Below are positions 46,474-60,834 of a DNA stretch of 64,000 nt, piece after piece. This stretch comes from Squalus acanthias (Eukaryota), in contig CM059432.1 in assembly GCA_030390025.1 (NCBI GenBank), positions 76,634,001 to 76,698,000 on the forward strand, read 5' to 3'. The notes under the pieces are model-generated. The model was not told where the DNA came from, ran no database searches, and worked only from the letters and a program-made list of their open reading frames with translations. Positions within the stretch are counted from its first letter, which is position 1, and each line of letters begins with the position of its first letter. The position numbers were made by a program, and so were the translations under genes.

Positions 46474-49234
46474 TATATAGTTTCTTAAAGATTGTAAGAA
46501 ATAAGCAATCCCAAACTTTCAATTTCTATCCTTATATCATCATAAACCCCAATGTGTTGTTATTTCTTGAAACAATTATCTTTCGTTATTTCATTTAAAA
46601 ACTCTGATCACTTGTTCTCATTAAAAACTCCCATCTGTCATACTTTATTACAAACTTCAATCTGTCCTTATCACATTACAATCTCCTCCCCCCCCTTCAA
46701 TCTGTCATTAGTTCATTAAAAAGCAGTCTCTGTAGTTGCTTTTAATACCCTGATCTTACATCGATGCAAGTGCAGACTCCTCAGTCTCTGTGATGTTAAT
46801 GATTTAGGTTGCTACATCTATATGTACAGCAAAAGCTCTGTGTTTATCAAGATCTTTGTTCAGCGGAAGCTTTCCAGGTTTATTATTGTAATGAAGTTGT
46901 GCCTTGAATGTTCAAATTTATTTGGATTTTTTAATTGGACTAAATGTTTCCTTGGATAACAAAGTATCATTAGAAATATTTTAACTGGAAGAATGATCTT
47001 ACTTGATTACTTCATACTGCTGCTTTAAAGTCAAGAATATTCGGCATTCATAAATTGTTTAAATGATTAGAGCAGGTGATGTTGCCGTAGTTTCCAAAAG
47101 ATAAAGAATACAAGTTGATTTAATCAGGTACATGCCCACTCCTCCCGAGAAAAAAGTGGCCCATTTTATTCAGAACTCTCTATTCACTGACAATTCCATC
47201 CTGAAAATGACCCGTTTCTAATTATTAGTAAACAGCGGGTTACTTTTGATATCTGTGAGTTATAACTAGCATGCTGCAATGCGCTATTTTACTCAGTGGG
47301 GATCATGGGAGTTTAAATGCGTTAAAATAGAACACAACGGAAGAACCAATGGGAGCACACCTGCAGTAATCCTGCTGAGCCCCTTGTTGGGCTGCTAATG
47401 ATGCACTTAATGAACTGAAATTTTAAAACAACTTTGTAAATGCTGCTGTGCAGCACACATGCTTCTGATACTTTTTATTCTGATTGGCTTAGCTGAGGGT
47501 GCAGGAAACCTAATGCAGTCAGAAGGCCTTGCATTCACTCAGCCCCTTAAAAACAACACTTCTACTTTATTCCAATAAAATATTCTAACCCTCTGTTAAA
47601 ATCATTCTTTGCAGGAGCACTCTTTGCTGTCTGTTTGATGAGGATTATCATCAGCTCCAATATACTTATTCACCAACTGTTGGACAGGGATAGTATTTTT
47701 TTTAAACTGAGGAGCAAATAATCTCACATGCTTCAAGAGTCATTTTAAGTTAGTGGTGCAAGTTTTTACATAGCATTGCAGAGAATATATAATTCAGTTG
47801 TACTTCAGAGATTAGGGCTGACTTCAATGCTTGGGGCATCGATTTTCTGATTGGCATTAACATAATGCCAATTGGAAAATCTAGACTTGGGTGTTATATT
47901 CATGATATTTTAAAAATGCTCATTATTATGCATTGTAAGTAATAAAAAAAAGTAGCTATCATGCAAGTATTACTGTATCTGAATGGAGCATCTGCAAAAG
48001 AAATAATCACAGTTTGATTATTTCTCCACAATCTTGTGCAGTCATGTAGACATGAAAGAGAATAATATTGAAATAAATGTCGCTGCTTGCAAACTGAGAC
48101 TGTAATTGCAGACCATTGTTCTGCATGGCCTTTCACTGATCTATGTCTCAGTATTACTTCAAACATATTACAAGAAGAATAGCATGAAGTCAAGAATATT
48201 CTCATTTAAAACCTAAAACTTACTAGCCCTGAAATGAAGCCAAGTGATATTACTGGGCAAACATGGAACATTTCTTCTCTGCTATTTTAGTGCAGGTGTT
48301 AATCTATTTATTTTAAATGGGTTAACTCCTCTGCTGTAATAGTGGAGGGGGGAATTTCAGATGAAGACATTAACTTTCATATGCTGCTACCCCGTGGGAA
48401 AAGGACACAGCCCAATTTTTTGAACACATATTTCATAAAGCACAATTATATCATTGAAAATCAATGTAGCATTCCATAGGTCATGTAAAATTTGTCAGCG
48501 CAGCACATAGCCAGTTTACACACTGCAATGCTGAGCAATTGTTTACAGTTATAGTTGTTGGTGCAAGATTAGTTACACGAGCAACACCCAATTTCTGTGC
48601 TCACTTCAGAAAGTAATTTTGACACATCACAACTTTTAAGCACATCTGGTACTCAGCTATCCACACAATAATAACAGCAGATTGAATGTTAGTGGTTTAA
48701 TGCATTTTCATAGTCCTGTTAGTAACATGCTGTGCCTGTGTACATAATCATTGACAGCACAATGTTAATCTGGTTAATGGATCTGTATGGTACCACTCTT
48801 TAGTTCTGCTTTTTCATGTGAAGATATTCAGTATCACAGAAACATAATTCTGTCATGATAGTAATGTTAACATATGCTCTAGACACCGGCATGGTGTTTG
48901 TGACGTGACGAGCAATTTCTTATCAGGACAGCCTGGGTATTTTCCCAATCACCCTGGTGCTCGGTTTCCCCACAAGCCCACATGCTCTTTTTGTTTGTTT
49001 GAGTTCACTGTCCCCACCTTCCCATTCCTTCTGCTGCACTAGCCCAGCTGTTCTGTGGGAAGTGCAAAGCTGAAGAATTTAGTGTGAGATCCCCTTGATT
49101 AACAAGCACAATTGCCACTATCCATCGACTCACCATGTTACTGTAGACATCAGGGAGGAATTTGGGGCCATGCGTATTACATTTGCAAACTGCAGCCTAG
49201 TGCACACTCTAGGCTTTCATCCACTTAAACAGTA

Positions 49235-49710
49235 GCCCTGGTTTTAAGTTGGGGTGGGAATCGGGCAGGCGGGGGCCAAGGCAAGCATTAAACTGTGAGA
49301 CCCAGAAGATTTGGCCTCCCGGGCCTCACGCTGCATGCTCCCGGTCAGTTAACTGTCCAATACTGGCGGGAAACAGCAGCTTGGCAGCATCGGCAGCGGA
49401 ATCTTGGGTGACAAGAGGCCACCACTGGGAACCAAACCAACAGTAAGTTGGGGAGGGGGTTTTGCGTGCACCTCACAATCCTGGGAGGATGCCTGGAGCT
49501 GGGGCGGTCTAAACCTTCCTTGTGGGCTCCAGAGGAGCATTCCCAACCCCACCCCCATCACACCACCAGCCCAACAAGGAAAGCGAAAAGACTCACCTTT
49601 TTACGCCTCTTCCCACTAGGTTTTGCTGGGCTCTGCCCCAAATTCCTGAGTCCCCAGGCAGAAATTAGGCTTTCTCCCCTCTCTGACCACAGGAATTTGA
49701 GGGCCTGATT
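49235..49710. mobile_element. probable Harbinger-type MITE, degenerate
   Basis: GC-rich island starting GCCCTGGTTTTAA, similar in style to the other Harbinger ends; no clear TSD. Confidence 0.35.
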
Positions 49711-49905
49711 TTCTAATTAAACAGAACAAGTGTCAACAGCTACTAAACACATTTCTTTCTGGCTTTTAATAACATTCATTCTGAATCCCATCTTGAGCAT
49801 CTAAATTCAACTGTTACAAATGTTTTAAATAATAGAATTTGTGTTAAAGTAAACAGGATTTGGAATTAAATATTTGTGTAAGAAGGTATTACCTCTCAGA
49901 AATTA

Positions 49906-51520
49906 CAACAACAACAACAACTTGTATTTATATAACACCTTTAACGTAGTAAAACGTCCCAAGGCACTTCACAGGAGTATTATAAGACGAAAAATTTGAC
50001 ACCGAGCCACATAAGGAGAAATTAGGGCAGGTGACCAAAAGCTTGTTCAAAGAGGTAGGTTTTAAAGAGCATCTTAAAGGAGGAAAGAGAGGCAGCGAGG
50101 TGGAGAGGTTTAGGATGGGAATTCCAGAGCTTAGGGCCTAGGCAACAGAAGGCACAGCCACCAACGGTTGAGCGATTATAATCAGGGATGCTCAAGAGGG
50201 CAGAATTAGAGGAGCGCATATATCTCGGGTTGGAGGGGGGGTTGTGGGGCTGAAGGAGATTACAGCGATAGGGAGGGGCGAGGCCATGGAGGGATTTGAA
50301 AACAAGGATGAGGATTTTGAAATCGAGGCGTTGCTTAACCGGGAGCCAATGTAGGTCAGCGAGCACAGGGGTGATGGGTGAACGGGACTTGGTGTGAGTT
50401 AGGACACGGGCAGCCGAGTTTTGGATGACATCAAGTTTGCATAGAAACATAGAAACATAGAAAAATAGGAGCAGGAGTAGGCCATTCGGCCCTTCGAGCG
50501 TGCTCCACCATTCAATATGATCATGGCTGATCCTCTATCATCTCAATACCATATTCCCGCTCTCTCCCCATACCCCTTGATGCCTTTTGTGTCTAGAAAT
50601 CTATCTATCTCCTTCTTAAATATATTCAGTGACTTGGCCTCCACAGCCTTCTGTGATAGAGAATTCCATAGGTTCACCACCCTCTGAGTGAAGAAATTTC
50701 TCCTCATCTCAGTCCTAAATGTCCCACCCCGTATCCTGAGACTGTGACCCCTCATTCTAGACCCCCCACCAGGGGAAACATCCTCCCTGCATCCAGTCTG
50801 TCTAGCCCTGTCAGAATTTTATACATTTCAATGAGATCCCCTCTCATTCTTCTAAACTGTAGTGCATACAGGCCTAGTCAACCCAATCTCTCCTCATACG
50901 ACAGTCCTGCCATCCCAGGAATCAGTCTTGCTCCTGTACTCAAATCCTCTTGCAATGAAGGTCAACATACCATTTGCCTTCCTAACTGCTTGCTGCACCT
51001 GCATGTTTGCTTTCAGTGACTGGTGTACAAGGACACCCAGGTCCCTTTGTACATCAGCATTTCCCAATCTAGCACCATTTAAATAATACTCTATCTTTCT
51101 GTTTTTCCTACAGAAGTGGATAACTTCACATTTATCCACGTTATACTGCATCTGCCATGTATTTGCCCACTCACTCAACTTGTCTAAATCGCCTTGAAGC
51201 CTCTTTGCATCCTCCTCACAACTCACAATCCCTAGTTTCATGTCGTCAGCAAACTTGGAAATATTACATTTGGTTCCCTCATCCAAATCATTGATATATA
51301 TTATGAATAGCTGGGGCCCAAGCACTGATCCCTGCGGTACCCCACTGGTCACCGCCTGCCACCCTGAAAAAGACCCATTTATTCCTACTCTCTGTTTCCT
51401 GTCTGTTAACCAATTTTCAATCCATGCCAGTATATTACCCCCAATCCCATGTAAGGTAGAATGTGGGAGGCCAGCCAGGAGTGCATTGAAATAGTCAAGT
51501 CTAGAGGTAACAAAGGCATA
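49906..51520 (-). mobile_element. L2 LINE 3' fragment interrupted by CR1
   Basis: ORF 50022-50450 IQNSAARVLT...ITPVLADLHWLPVKQRLDFKIL...PKLWN...FKTYLF; (TTG)n tail; resumes at 51452. Confidence 0.88.
50441..51451 (-). mobile_element. CR1 LINE (5'-truncated, internal deletion) nested in L2
   Basis: (CATAGAAA)n tail on +; GVPQGSVLGP, SKFADD. Confidence 0.92.
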
Positions 51521-52089
51521 GTTGCTGCTTTTTGGATATATCTCTGAAAGTGCATCAGCCCCATTCTTTGCCAGTCTAATCAGCTCTGAGATTGCTTCTT
51601 ACCACTGCTTCTGAAGGACTTTGTTCATTATTAAAGGTAGCACATTATCCCAGTATGAGCTGTTAGCAAAACTTCCTCCACATGCATTAAAGTACTTCAA
51701 CTTTCATACAAAATCCTATTTACTTCTTAATGATTTCAATACAGGAGTTACAAATTACTCTCAGACCCCAAAAGTGGCACTGATGAATCATAGATGTCTT
51801 TGTATGCGTACTATCCTTAAAACCCTATGAGGACTGAATTAGCATTTTCACAGCACATGAAAAATTAGTCAGAATCAGAATTCTCAATTTTCTAGAGCGA
51901 TGTTTCTTAGACACTTTACTTCATTTTCCTCATCATTCTGGTTTTGTAGATTGTCTGTTCAAAAATATGTTTGGTTTCACAAATCCAAAGGATATTCCTC
52001 AAAAGATTTAACTCTAATAGTCCTACAATCCTTGCCCCTGCGATTAGCCCATAGATAACTCATTTCATAAGAAGCAAAGAAGCAGCCTT

Positions 52090-52250
52090 AGGAGAAACTG
52101 GGAAAAGCAGTGAGTTAGAACTGCTGTTTCAGCTCTGGGAACTGCGTTTGAATCCAGCCCAGATTGATGGGTTAAAGTTCTCTGTCTGATGGCTGTAAGG
52201 CTCCTTTGTGGAATGTGTTTGGGAGCTCAATGTAGTACTTAGTCCAGTCT
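52090..52250 (+). mobile_element. LF-SINE-like ancient tRNA SINE fragment
   Basis: GTTTGAATCCAGCCCAGATTG...AAAGTT...TCTGATGGCTGT...TGTGGAATG resembles my recollection of the LF-SINE 5' region; not verified by search. Confidence 0.45.
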
Positions 52251-52756
52251 GCAATTTGTCATTAATTGATACTAAATTGGTAGTCTTATTCTGAGATGTG
52301 AAAATAATGGATGTTGTGAGAAATGAATTTTCACACTGATGCAATAGGGAACGCTCTTCCAAGGTTTGGTTAAGGCACCTTGCTGGGGCAGTGTAGCAGA
52401 AAATGTACCCTGCATTTATCCTAAATAGCAAGCCGACATGGGAGGCTGTGCTCTTTCCCATTATCTGGTCAAAAATAAGTAGCTTAGTACAGATTTTAAC
52501 ACTGAAAGGTTTTTTATTGATGTAGTAACATTTAATTAGTTCATTCATTTAGTTTATTCATTTATAGGTTTAAGCTTTCTAAAAGCAATGCAATATATTC
52601 CTTGTTTTTTAAAGTATGCATGCTATACTTTACAAGTGAATATGTGCCAAAAGTGAGAAATTGTTCTACCGCAAGCATCGACAGCCCTCGCCGTGAACAA
52701 CAAAAAAATGTTAAGTTTTGAAGTGGACCCTTTGTATAAGGGCTGCAAGGGAGTTT

Positions 52757-53647
52757 GGGGGAAAAATTCAGTTGGATTGCACCTCCCGTTAGCGCCTTAA
52801 GAAGGCGCTAATGGGGCACAAAGCAACTAGCGCCCGTGCGCGGCGATGTTTGCGGCGCTCACGAAATTAACTAGACATTTTGCGGCGGCGCTAAACACTA
52901 CCGCCACGATTTCCTGCGCTGGCCGATCGTGATGTCAGTCGAGAGTGCAACACCCCGGTAGCGCCCCGGACCGATTATTGAGTGGCGCCCCCTGTCTTAC
53001 CGCCTGCTGCTAGCAACAACAGGTTGAGGGGAGCATTTTGCAGTCAGGAAGGGACTGGGGGAGCGCTATTTAAAGGCGACCGCTTCCTGCCTTTTTTGTC
53101 GGCGAAATTTTTGCACCACACATTCTGAGTGAGAGAGAGAGACTGCAGGAGATATTCAAAGCTGTGTTGAGGTGTTTTGGGTACTGAGCAGCACTTTGCA
53201 GGTTCTTTCTGGTTTGATCTTCCTTGCATCGATTTAGAAGAGAATATGGGGGCTGCAGTCTGAGCTCTTTCCCTGGGCCTCTCCATTGTTCTTTCCAGCA
53301 GATTTGATGTACAGGTCTCTCCAGGCCGAGATTCAAGGCTGCAATGAGCAGGATGTAGATGGAAAGCAAGATCAACCCTCCCCTTTAAGAACTGGCCGGC
53401 GCCATTGTGTCTGTGTTCCATTGCTGACTGACATCACATGAGCTTCGCCAGTGCACTGAGGTAGCGCCTCACTCCTCGGCCTTTGCGCCTTAAGACAGGT
53501 GTGTAGTGCCTGATTTAGCACTCCAATCACCTCCAGGGGCGATAAAAGTCAAGTTTGCAGTCGGAGGCGATAATTAGCGCCAGGCGCTAATCTTTGCGCA
53601 TGGCCGATAATGGCACCCCAAACAGGGCGATTTTGAATTTTTCCCCC
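52757..53647 (-). mobile_element. non-autonomous PIF/Harbinger element (copy 2)
   Basis: TIR GGGGGAAAAATTCA / TGAATTTTTCCCCC; TTT TSD; inverted relative to 7030-7907. Confidence 0.9.
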
Positions 53648-53986
53648 TTTCAGTTTTCTATCTTGGGGCAGGGATGTCATCCGGTACCCTCCTCCCCCAG
53701 CCTTGGAGTCCTCTGGTCACTTCAGCGGTGGGAGGGCACGCCCCGGTCTGCCACTGCCATGTAAATTATGTGACCTCCCCCTGACCCTAAGAATTTGTTG
53801 GGTCAGTGGCCATTTGGGGGTGTGGAGCTGGAAAAGAAGGCCATGTCTCACCAACCTGATTGAATTTTTTGAGGAGTTACTAGGTTGGTGGATGTAGGTT
53901 GTCCGGTCAACATTTTGTATCTTGATTTTCAAAGATATCAAAAAAAAACAGATACCGCACAATAAACTTCAAAATAAAGCTGAGAC

Positions 53987-55275
53987 TTTTTTTTTATTCA
54001 TTTGTGGAATGTGAGCATCGCTGGCAAGGCCAGCATTTATTGCCCAACCCTAATTACTCTTGAGAATGTGGTCGTGAGCCACCTTCTTGAACCGTTGCAG
54101 TCTGTGCAGTGAAGGTACTCCCATAGTGCTGTTAGGTAGGGAGTTCAAGAATTTTGACCCAGCGACGATGAAGGAACGATGAAATATTCCCAAGTCAGGA
54201 TGGTGTGTGATTTGGAGGGGAACTTGCAGGTGGTGGTATTTGCATGCGCTTGCTGCCCTTGTCCTTTTAGGTGGTGGAGGTGCGGATTTGGGAGGTGCTG
54301 CCGAAGAAGCCTTGGTGAGTTGCAGCAGTGCATCCACAGTACGCCAGTGGTGGAGGGAGTGAATGTTTAAAGTGATGAATGGGGTGCCAATCAAGCAGGC
54401 TGCTTTGTCCTGGATGGTGTCAAGCTTCTTGAGTGTTGTTGGAGCTGCACTCATCCAGGCAAGTGGAGAGTATTCCATCACACTCCTGACTTGTGCCTTC
54501 TAGATGGTGGAAAGGCTTTGGGGAGTCAGGAGGTGAGTTACTCATCACCGAATACCCAGCCTCTGACTTGCTGTTGTAGCCACAGTATTTATGTGGCTGG
54601 TCCAGTTAAGTTTCTGGTCAATTGTAACCCCCAGGTTGTTGATGGTGGGGATTTGACGATGGTAACGCCGTTGAATGTATAGGGGAGGTGGTTAGACGCT
54701 CTCTTTTTGGAGATAGTCATTGCCTGGCACTTGTGTGGAGCAAATGTTACTTGCCACTTATCAGTCCAAGCCTGAATATTGTCCAGGTCTTCCTGCATGG
54801 ACTGCTTCATTACCTGTGGAGTTGCGAATGAAACTGAACACTGTGCAATCATCGGCGAACATCCCCACTTCTGACCTTACGATTGAGGGAAGGTCATTGA
54901 TGAAGCAGCTAAAGATGGTTGGGCCTAGGACACTCATACAGCAATGTCGTGGCGCTGAGATGATTGGCCTGCAACTACCACAACTATCTTCCTTTGTGCT
55001 AGGTATGACTCCAGCCAATGGAGAGTTTTGCCCCTGATTCCCATTGACTTCAATTTTACTTGGTCAAATGCTGCCTTGATGTCAAGGGCAGTCACTCCTA
55101 CCTCACCTCTGGAATTCAGCTCTTTTGTCCATGTTTGGACCAAGGCTGTATTGAGGTCTGGAGCTGAGTGGTCCTGGCGGAACCCAAACTGAGCGGTAAT
55201 TGGCCGGTTTGGATTTGTTCTGCTTTTTGTGGACAGGACATACCTGGGCAATTTTCTACTTTGTTGGGTAGATTC
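53987..55275 (-). mobile_element. CR1/L2-group LINE of a distinct family, deleted and frameshifted
   Basis: QFGFRQDHS, ALDIKAAFD, VLGPTIFSCFINDL, GMFADDCT, MEYSPLAWMSAAPTTLKKLDTIQDKAA; polyA-like tail. Confidence 0.85.
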
Positions 55276-55419
55276 CAGTGGGATTAGCAAGCAGATTTTG
55301 GGTTCGATAAGGAACTCGATGCATTCTGGTAGATAGAAAGTAGTTATTAATGGTAGTGGTTCTGCAGATACGGTAGTGTAGTGGTTATATTACTGGACTA
55401 GTAATCCAAAGGCCTGGAC

Positions 55420-56310
55420 AGCTTCTGGATGATCTTATTTAATATAGATAAATGTAGTGTTATGCACGTGTGCACCATGCAGGCTGCTGAACTGAAGAAG
55501 GACCTAGATGATATAATGCATGAACCTTTGAAGATCCATGACCAATGCTATGAGACTATTGCAAAAGCAAATGAATTGTTAAGATGCATTGCCAGGATGA
55601 TTTCATATAAAACAAGAAATACTACACTGTCTCTGTACAATTCCGTGGTTAGGCCTCATGTAAAGTACGGTGTCCAGCTTTGGCCCCCTTACTTGGTGCA
55701 TGATATAAAAGCCCTGAAAAAGGTTCAGAGGAGGGCCACTAGATTGATATCTAGTTTATATGGCCCTTAGTTACCACAACAGGGTTGGAAATTTTTGCTC
55801 GAGGAAAGCAGACTTTAGGGAGATTTGATTCAGGTCTTTAAAATAATGTAGTGTTAGATTCTGTTCATGTGGTTAGGCTTTTTGTGTTACCAAGGGACAC
55901 GAGTATGTGTTACAAAAGCATAAAACTAAGTTAGATGTCAGGAGAGACTTCATTTCACATCAGGTCATTGACCTATGGAATAAGTTGCTGGCCCGTGCAG
56001 TGAGTGCAGATTCACTGCAAACATTTGAAAGGGAATTGGATGAGTTCCAGAATTCAGCCAACATAATTACATATAGAAGGTAGAATGGTATTGGAGGATT
56101 TATCTCATGGCCATTTGGAACTTGTTGGTCATCTTTTGCATTCAGACGGGAATTTCCCTAAGTTTTTTTCTCTGTTTTTTTTGCCTTTCCCAAGGAATTG
56201 CATGGTGGTGGGTGGGGGGAGGGGCATGTGGGGGTTATGGTGTGCAGAAGTTACAAAATGACAGTATAAGATGGACCAGCGAGTCTTTTCCTATCCATGG
56301 TTTTCGTATG
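55420..56310 (+). mobile_element. old CR1 3' fragment
   Basis: FNIDKCSVMH, KANELLRCI, LYNSVVRPHVKYGVQLWPP, LKKVQRRATRLI. Confidence 0.75.
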
Positions 56311-57295
56311 TCAGGAGCAATTTGGGAGTAAATGGCGGAATTTCGGGGACAGCAGCTGTTGCCCTTGTTATCCTGTCATTTGCATACATGCAGCACTTTG
56401 GGGGAAAGGGCCACATCTTCTGCTAGCATCCAATTCACTGGAATTAACATGTATTTTAGACTGTGTGTAATGCTGTATATTTGACCTACTCTCCAAATTC
56501 TGTCCCCCTACACTGGAACTACCTCACTTTCGCCCCAAAAAGTTTGTGGAAATTTGCCCCTATAGTTTTTTGGGGGGGGGGTTTCAGTTGAATTCAGTTA
56601 ATAACACTTTCATTACTTTACTCTCTATGCTTGTCCTAGTTTCCCCTTGGAGTAGCACCTCTATGTCTGCAAACGGAACATGCTCTTACTGTTTGTCCCC
56701 TCATTTACCTCCCGTTTTAATGCTTGTATCCTCACTGCTGTATGATTTGTGTCTCCATGGAGTTCTTGAGCAGAAAGATCATTTTGAAGCAAGTTACATA
56801 TTGTTTTCACAGATAATTACTCTGTGGTGATGTTCAGTAACCCCTCACTTGAACACTTAGGCACTAATGAACTCAAACATGTGTGTTTATCATGGGTTTT
56901 AATAACTAGGGACCATTCTGGCGTGGGGCCAAGTCTTAAACTGAATCTTGTTGTGATGAAACCGATAAACAGTCACTTTTGAGTTCCTTCTTCTGATAAG
57001 ATTACAGGTTTGTGTGTTAAATATCTTTTATTAATTTATTCTCTGCTGCTGAGTTCACAGCTGTAAGTCTGAAAGAAAACAATCACTGGATCTCTGGCTA
57101 AGTTGAAACATAAATCTATCATCAGGTTTTTACAGCAGTTTCAAGCCAATCAGAAGGCTGTTCTGGGCCTACCTGTAACATCATCTCCATTGTACTATGG
57201 CATTGTGCGCGACAAGCACTCTTAATAATTTTTGACTAATATAAAAGTATACAAAACACCCTCGCTGGTTTTTACATGCTTCCAAAATAAAGGAG

Positions 57296-57460
57296 AAATA
57301 AAAACAGAAAATGCTGGAAACACTCAGCAGGTCAGGCAGCATCTGTAGAGAGAGAAACAGCGTTAACGTTTCAGGTCGATGACCTTTCATCAGAGTTGGA
57401 AGATGTTAGAGTTGACAGCTTTTAAGCATGTACAGAGCCAGGGAAAAGGGGGGCAGGGAA
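57296..57460 (-). mobile_element. solo Penelope terminal repeat with intact hammerhead core
   Basis: - strand: CTGATGA-A-AGGTC-ATC-GACCT-GAAAC-GTT (57393-57362); homologous to 24700-24850. Confidence 0.8.
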
Positions 57461-60400
57461 TAATTATTCTATGAATTATTTGCCCAACTAGTTGAGATTC
57501 ACAGAGAAGCAGGTCTATTCTTCAATTTCACAATTATATATTATTTTCCTAATCAAGCCTCTTGCCAAAAGATGCTACAAATAGTCTTCACTTTGCTTCA
57601 GAATTATGAATTATTTCATAATACATGCTAGTTGGAAACCTCCACAATCGCCATATTTGCTTATTATTCTATCAGTGCCAGTGGAACAACCATTTAATCT
57701 GTCTTTAAAAAAATTCTCACTGACCTGTTATGTCTAAATGAAACATATATTTTGGGCCAAAATTAATCAATGCAAATATTGCCATATTACAATAAACTAG
57801 TATCACTGTTCAAAGAATTAAACAATATTTTAACAGCAGTACAATAATCCAAGAAAACTGACAGATAAAGATAAACCCTTTTAATTGTGGACCTCCTTTG
57901 GTGATTAGGGATTACAATATCTGACTGTGGTTTGCTATAGTCTTTGAGATTCTTTAGATCCCATAGCTCTAATCGCATGCTGACAGGGATGACAGTTCAA
58001 AAACATTTTAATTTGATGTTACCTGTCAGCATTACTGCTGGATTTAATGAAAGAAAAAGGAGCTGATTTTATAGGTTTAGCGCTGACTAAACTGAATTGT
58101 GTGCTGGTTACCGGAAAAGGAGCTTTTATTTTTAACCAGCTCCACCTTCCCCCACTCCAAAAAAGGATACTTTCCAGCTGTTCTTAATCTGACACCATAA
58201 GCTTCCACTGTGACTAACCTAAGGAGCTGTGTTAGCGCTGGCTGATGCAAAAGATTCTTTCTTGATTCATTGTAAAATAGATGACTATATTTAACATCAT
58301 GGTGTACACATCAAATGATTCTTTGTAATTTTTCTAAGAAAATGAATCCCTTCTCCAATGAGTCCTACATTGCTTCATTTTAACGTAGTTTAATTACAAA
58401 AGTACATAAATGAATACTATATCAGAGCGATTATGACACTAAAAAGACCAAACCTCACCCCTCCTCATCCTCACTCCACCAAAACACCAGGTATTAAAGA
58501 CATATAAGCACAGCAAAATTGCTGAATTTTAAACGCCTGTAAAAATGTTGTCTGGAAAATGCATTTATAATAAGGCTGCATAAAATAGGGACTTGAAAAT
58601 ATCTGTGAGATTCAAATTATGTTAGTAAGAGTTTAAGAACAGCCTAAGTACAGTGAGAGAAAATCAATGAGACAACATATGCCTATTAATAAGGAGACAA
58701 GACAAATGGCCTCTTAGTTCCTGGTGTGGCTATTACTCTCAGACACAATAGTCAAAATAGTAGCTTTTCTATCTAGCACTCGAAGTCAGATAGGATTATA
58801 ATTACAATGTAGTGCTAGTGCTATTCAGTAACACAACGGGAAAAATTACAATGCATTTTTGGGTAAAGGTATAGCTACAACCTGCTTCATGTGAAATATC
58901 TGAGTTTGGGGTCTCTAGAAAGACCCTTATGTATATGGTAGGATATGAAGAATGGCATTATGCTACATATGATGTCTTGATGATACTAAGCCAGCATCAC
59001 TATATAGAGTCATAGAGTCATATATTTCATATTAAAAGATAATGGCAAAAAAAATCAAATATTTATTGGTGGAATTGGCTATGTAGATTCATATATCTGA
59101 ATCTGTGATTGGTATATGCTGACGGCTTATCTATTATCATCATCAGTGATATTTGAAAGAAGGTGCAAGTTAAGCCATTGCTTGCTCTTCATTCTTTAGT
59201 AAAATGTACATAAATACGCATGGCAGGCAGTTAACTGTTCAAAGAGACTGTGACCTGATTCTATATTCACCAGTGCTGATTCTATAACAAATCTTGTGTA
59301 CCGAAGCATTAAGTGTATCCATTAAGCAATGTGACATGATCAAAAGTGCTGCTCTGTGCATATTTTAATTTATAATTTGCATGTACTGTGCTTATGCACC
59401 GCTAGGCTTTGTCTGAAACACAGAGGACAGATGGGCAGAAACAATACTGGTAAGTGTAACACCAGTTGTCTGCTTGGTTTTTGTACAAAAGTTAAAAGTT
59501 GTTGAAATAAAAATCTATCAACATATATGCTCAAATACTGTTTTGGATTCCTTCCCCATGTACCTTTACCATTTTTTTGATTATAGAAAATGGTGGTTAA
59601 TGGCTCCAAAGTGCCATCAGCAGCAGTGACTTACATTTATATAATTCCCCTCATGTTAAAGAAAATCTCAGATTACTATACAAGAGGGCAGGGATCCTAA
59701 GCAAAACTAGGGAAGAAATAGTGGAGGCCCTGATTACAATTTTCTAAACTTCTGTGGAAAAAAAAATTGTACCAGAGGAGTGGTTATGTTTTGGGGTTTT
59801 CTTTACTCTTTTTTACTCTAAATATCTTCAGTTTCCGTGTGTCAGATTGCCCTCCGAGCTGAGCTTTCTCCCTATGTCCCAACAGTGTTTTCCTTGCCTA
59901 GGTATCTGGGTAAATTTATAATGTGCCCTCTTCAGCTATTGAATTCATAATGCAATCACATGGGATCCTCCTTGTCTTTGGAAGGTGGCAGAATAACACT
60001 ACACTGCCAAATATATTTACTAAACAGTAAAAGAACAAGTAAATAGTAGTGTAACAAAGTGGCGCCAATAATATGATGGTGGGTGCCTGCTACATGTATT
60101 TCTGGGTACAGAGGCCTGAGACTTGCAATACACCAAAGGTGTCGAGTGTGCTACAATGTGGCTAGCAAGCATGAAAGGTGCTGAAAGCCTGTGCACCAAC
60201 TTATGCCAGGCTCATTAAGTCTCCTAAAATATTCTTACAACTTCCTTTTTCCGGCCTATCCCCAATACCCCTGTGCTACCTCTGCCCACACCTGAGCCAC
60301 CTGTGCCTCCATGTCACCATTGTACCCTCTGCGCTCCCTTGCCATTCCTGTCCCAGCTATCTCCCTGCACCACTCCTCCTGGGACATGTTGCCCGCACTC

Positions 60401-60834
60401 AATAGGCAGCCAGCAGCTCTGGACTGGTTGGCTGCTGCCTGAAATGGTCACCACCGGGGCCTTGCTGCTCCCAGCACACCATGCCCTACGCACTGGAAGC
60501 ACCATGTGCAGCTGGGATCACCTGATCAGTCCCAATATATCATTTTTAATGGTAGCTAATTCCATGTGCAGCAAAAAATGATAAATAGTTTGTAACTATT
60601 TTGCCTCTCCTAGGAGATTGGGGGGGAGGGCAGTGCGGGGGGTGGGGGCGGGACGGGTGGGATAAGAAGTGGATAATCGCATAGTTTGGCATTTTCCCAT
60701 CCTAAGTACATAACGTAACAATTGCCCCCAGGGTGGGATTTCTACCTCTATTTTCCAACATTCATTGTGACTAGCATCTTTTTTTCAAATTTACTTATTC
60801 TTTTAATTTAAACTACCCAAAACTGGCTCTTGTA

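Noticed and set aside
55372..55420. tRNA gene
   Set aside because: Only an A-box-like SINE head fragment; no complete cloverleaf.
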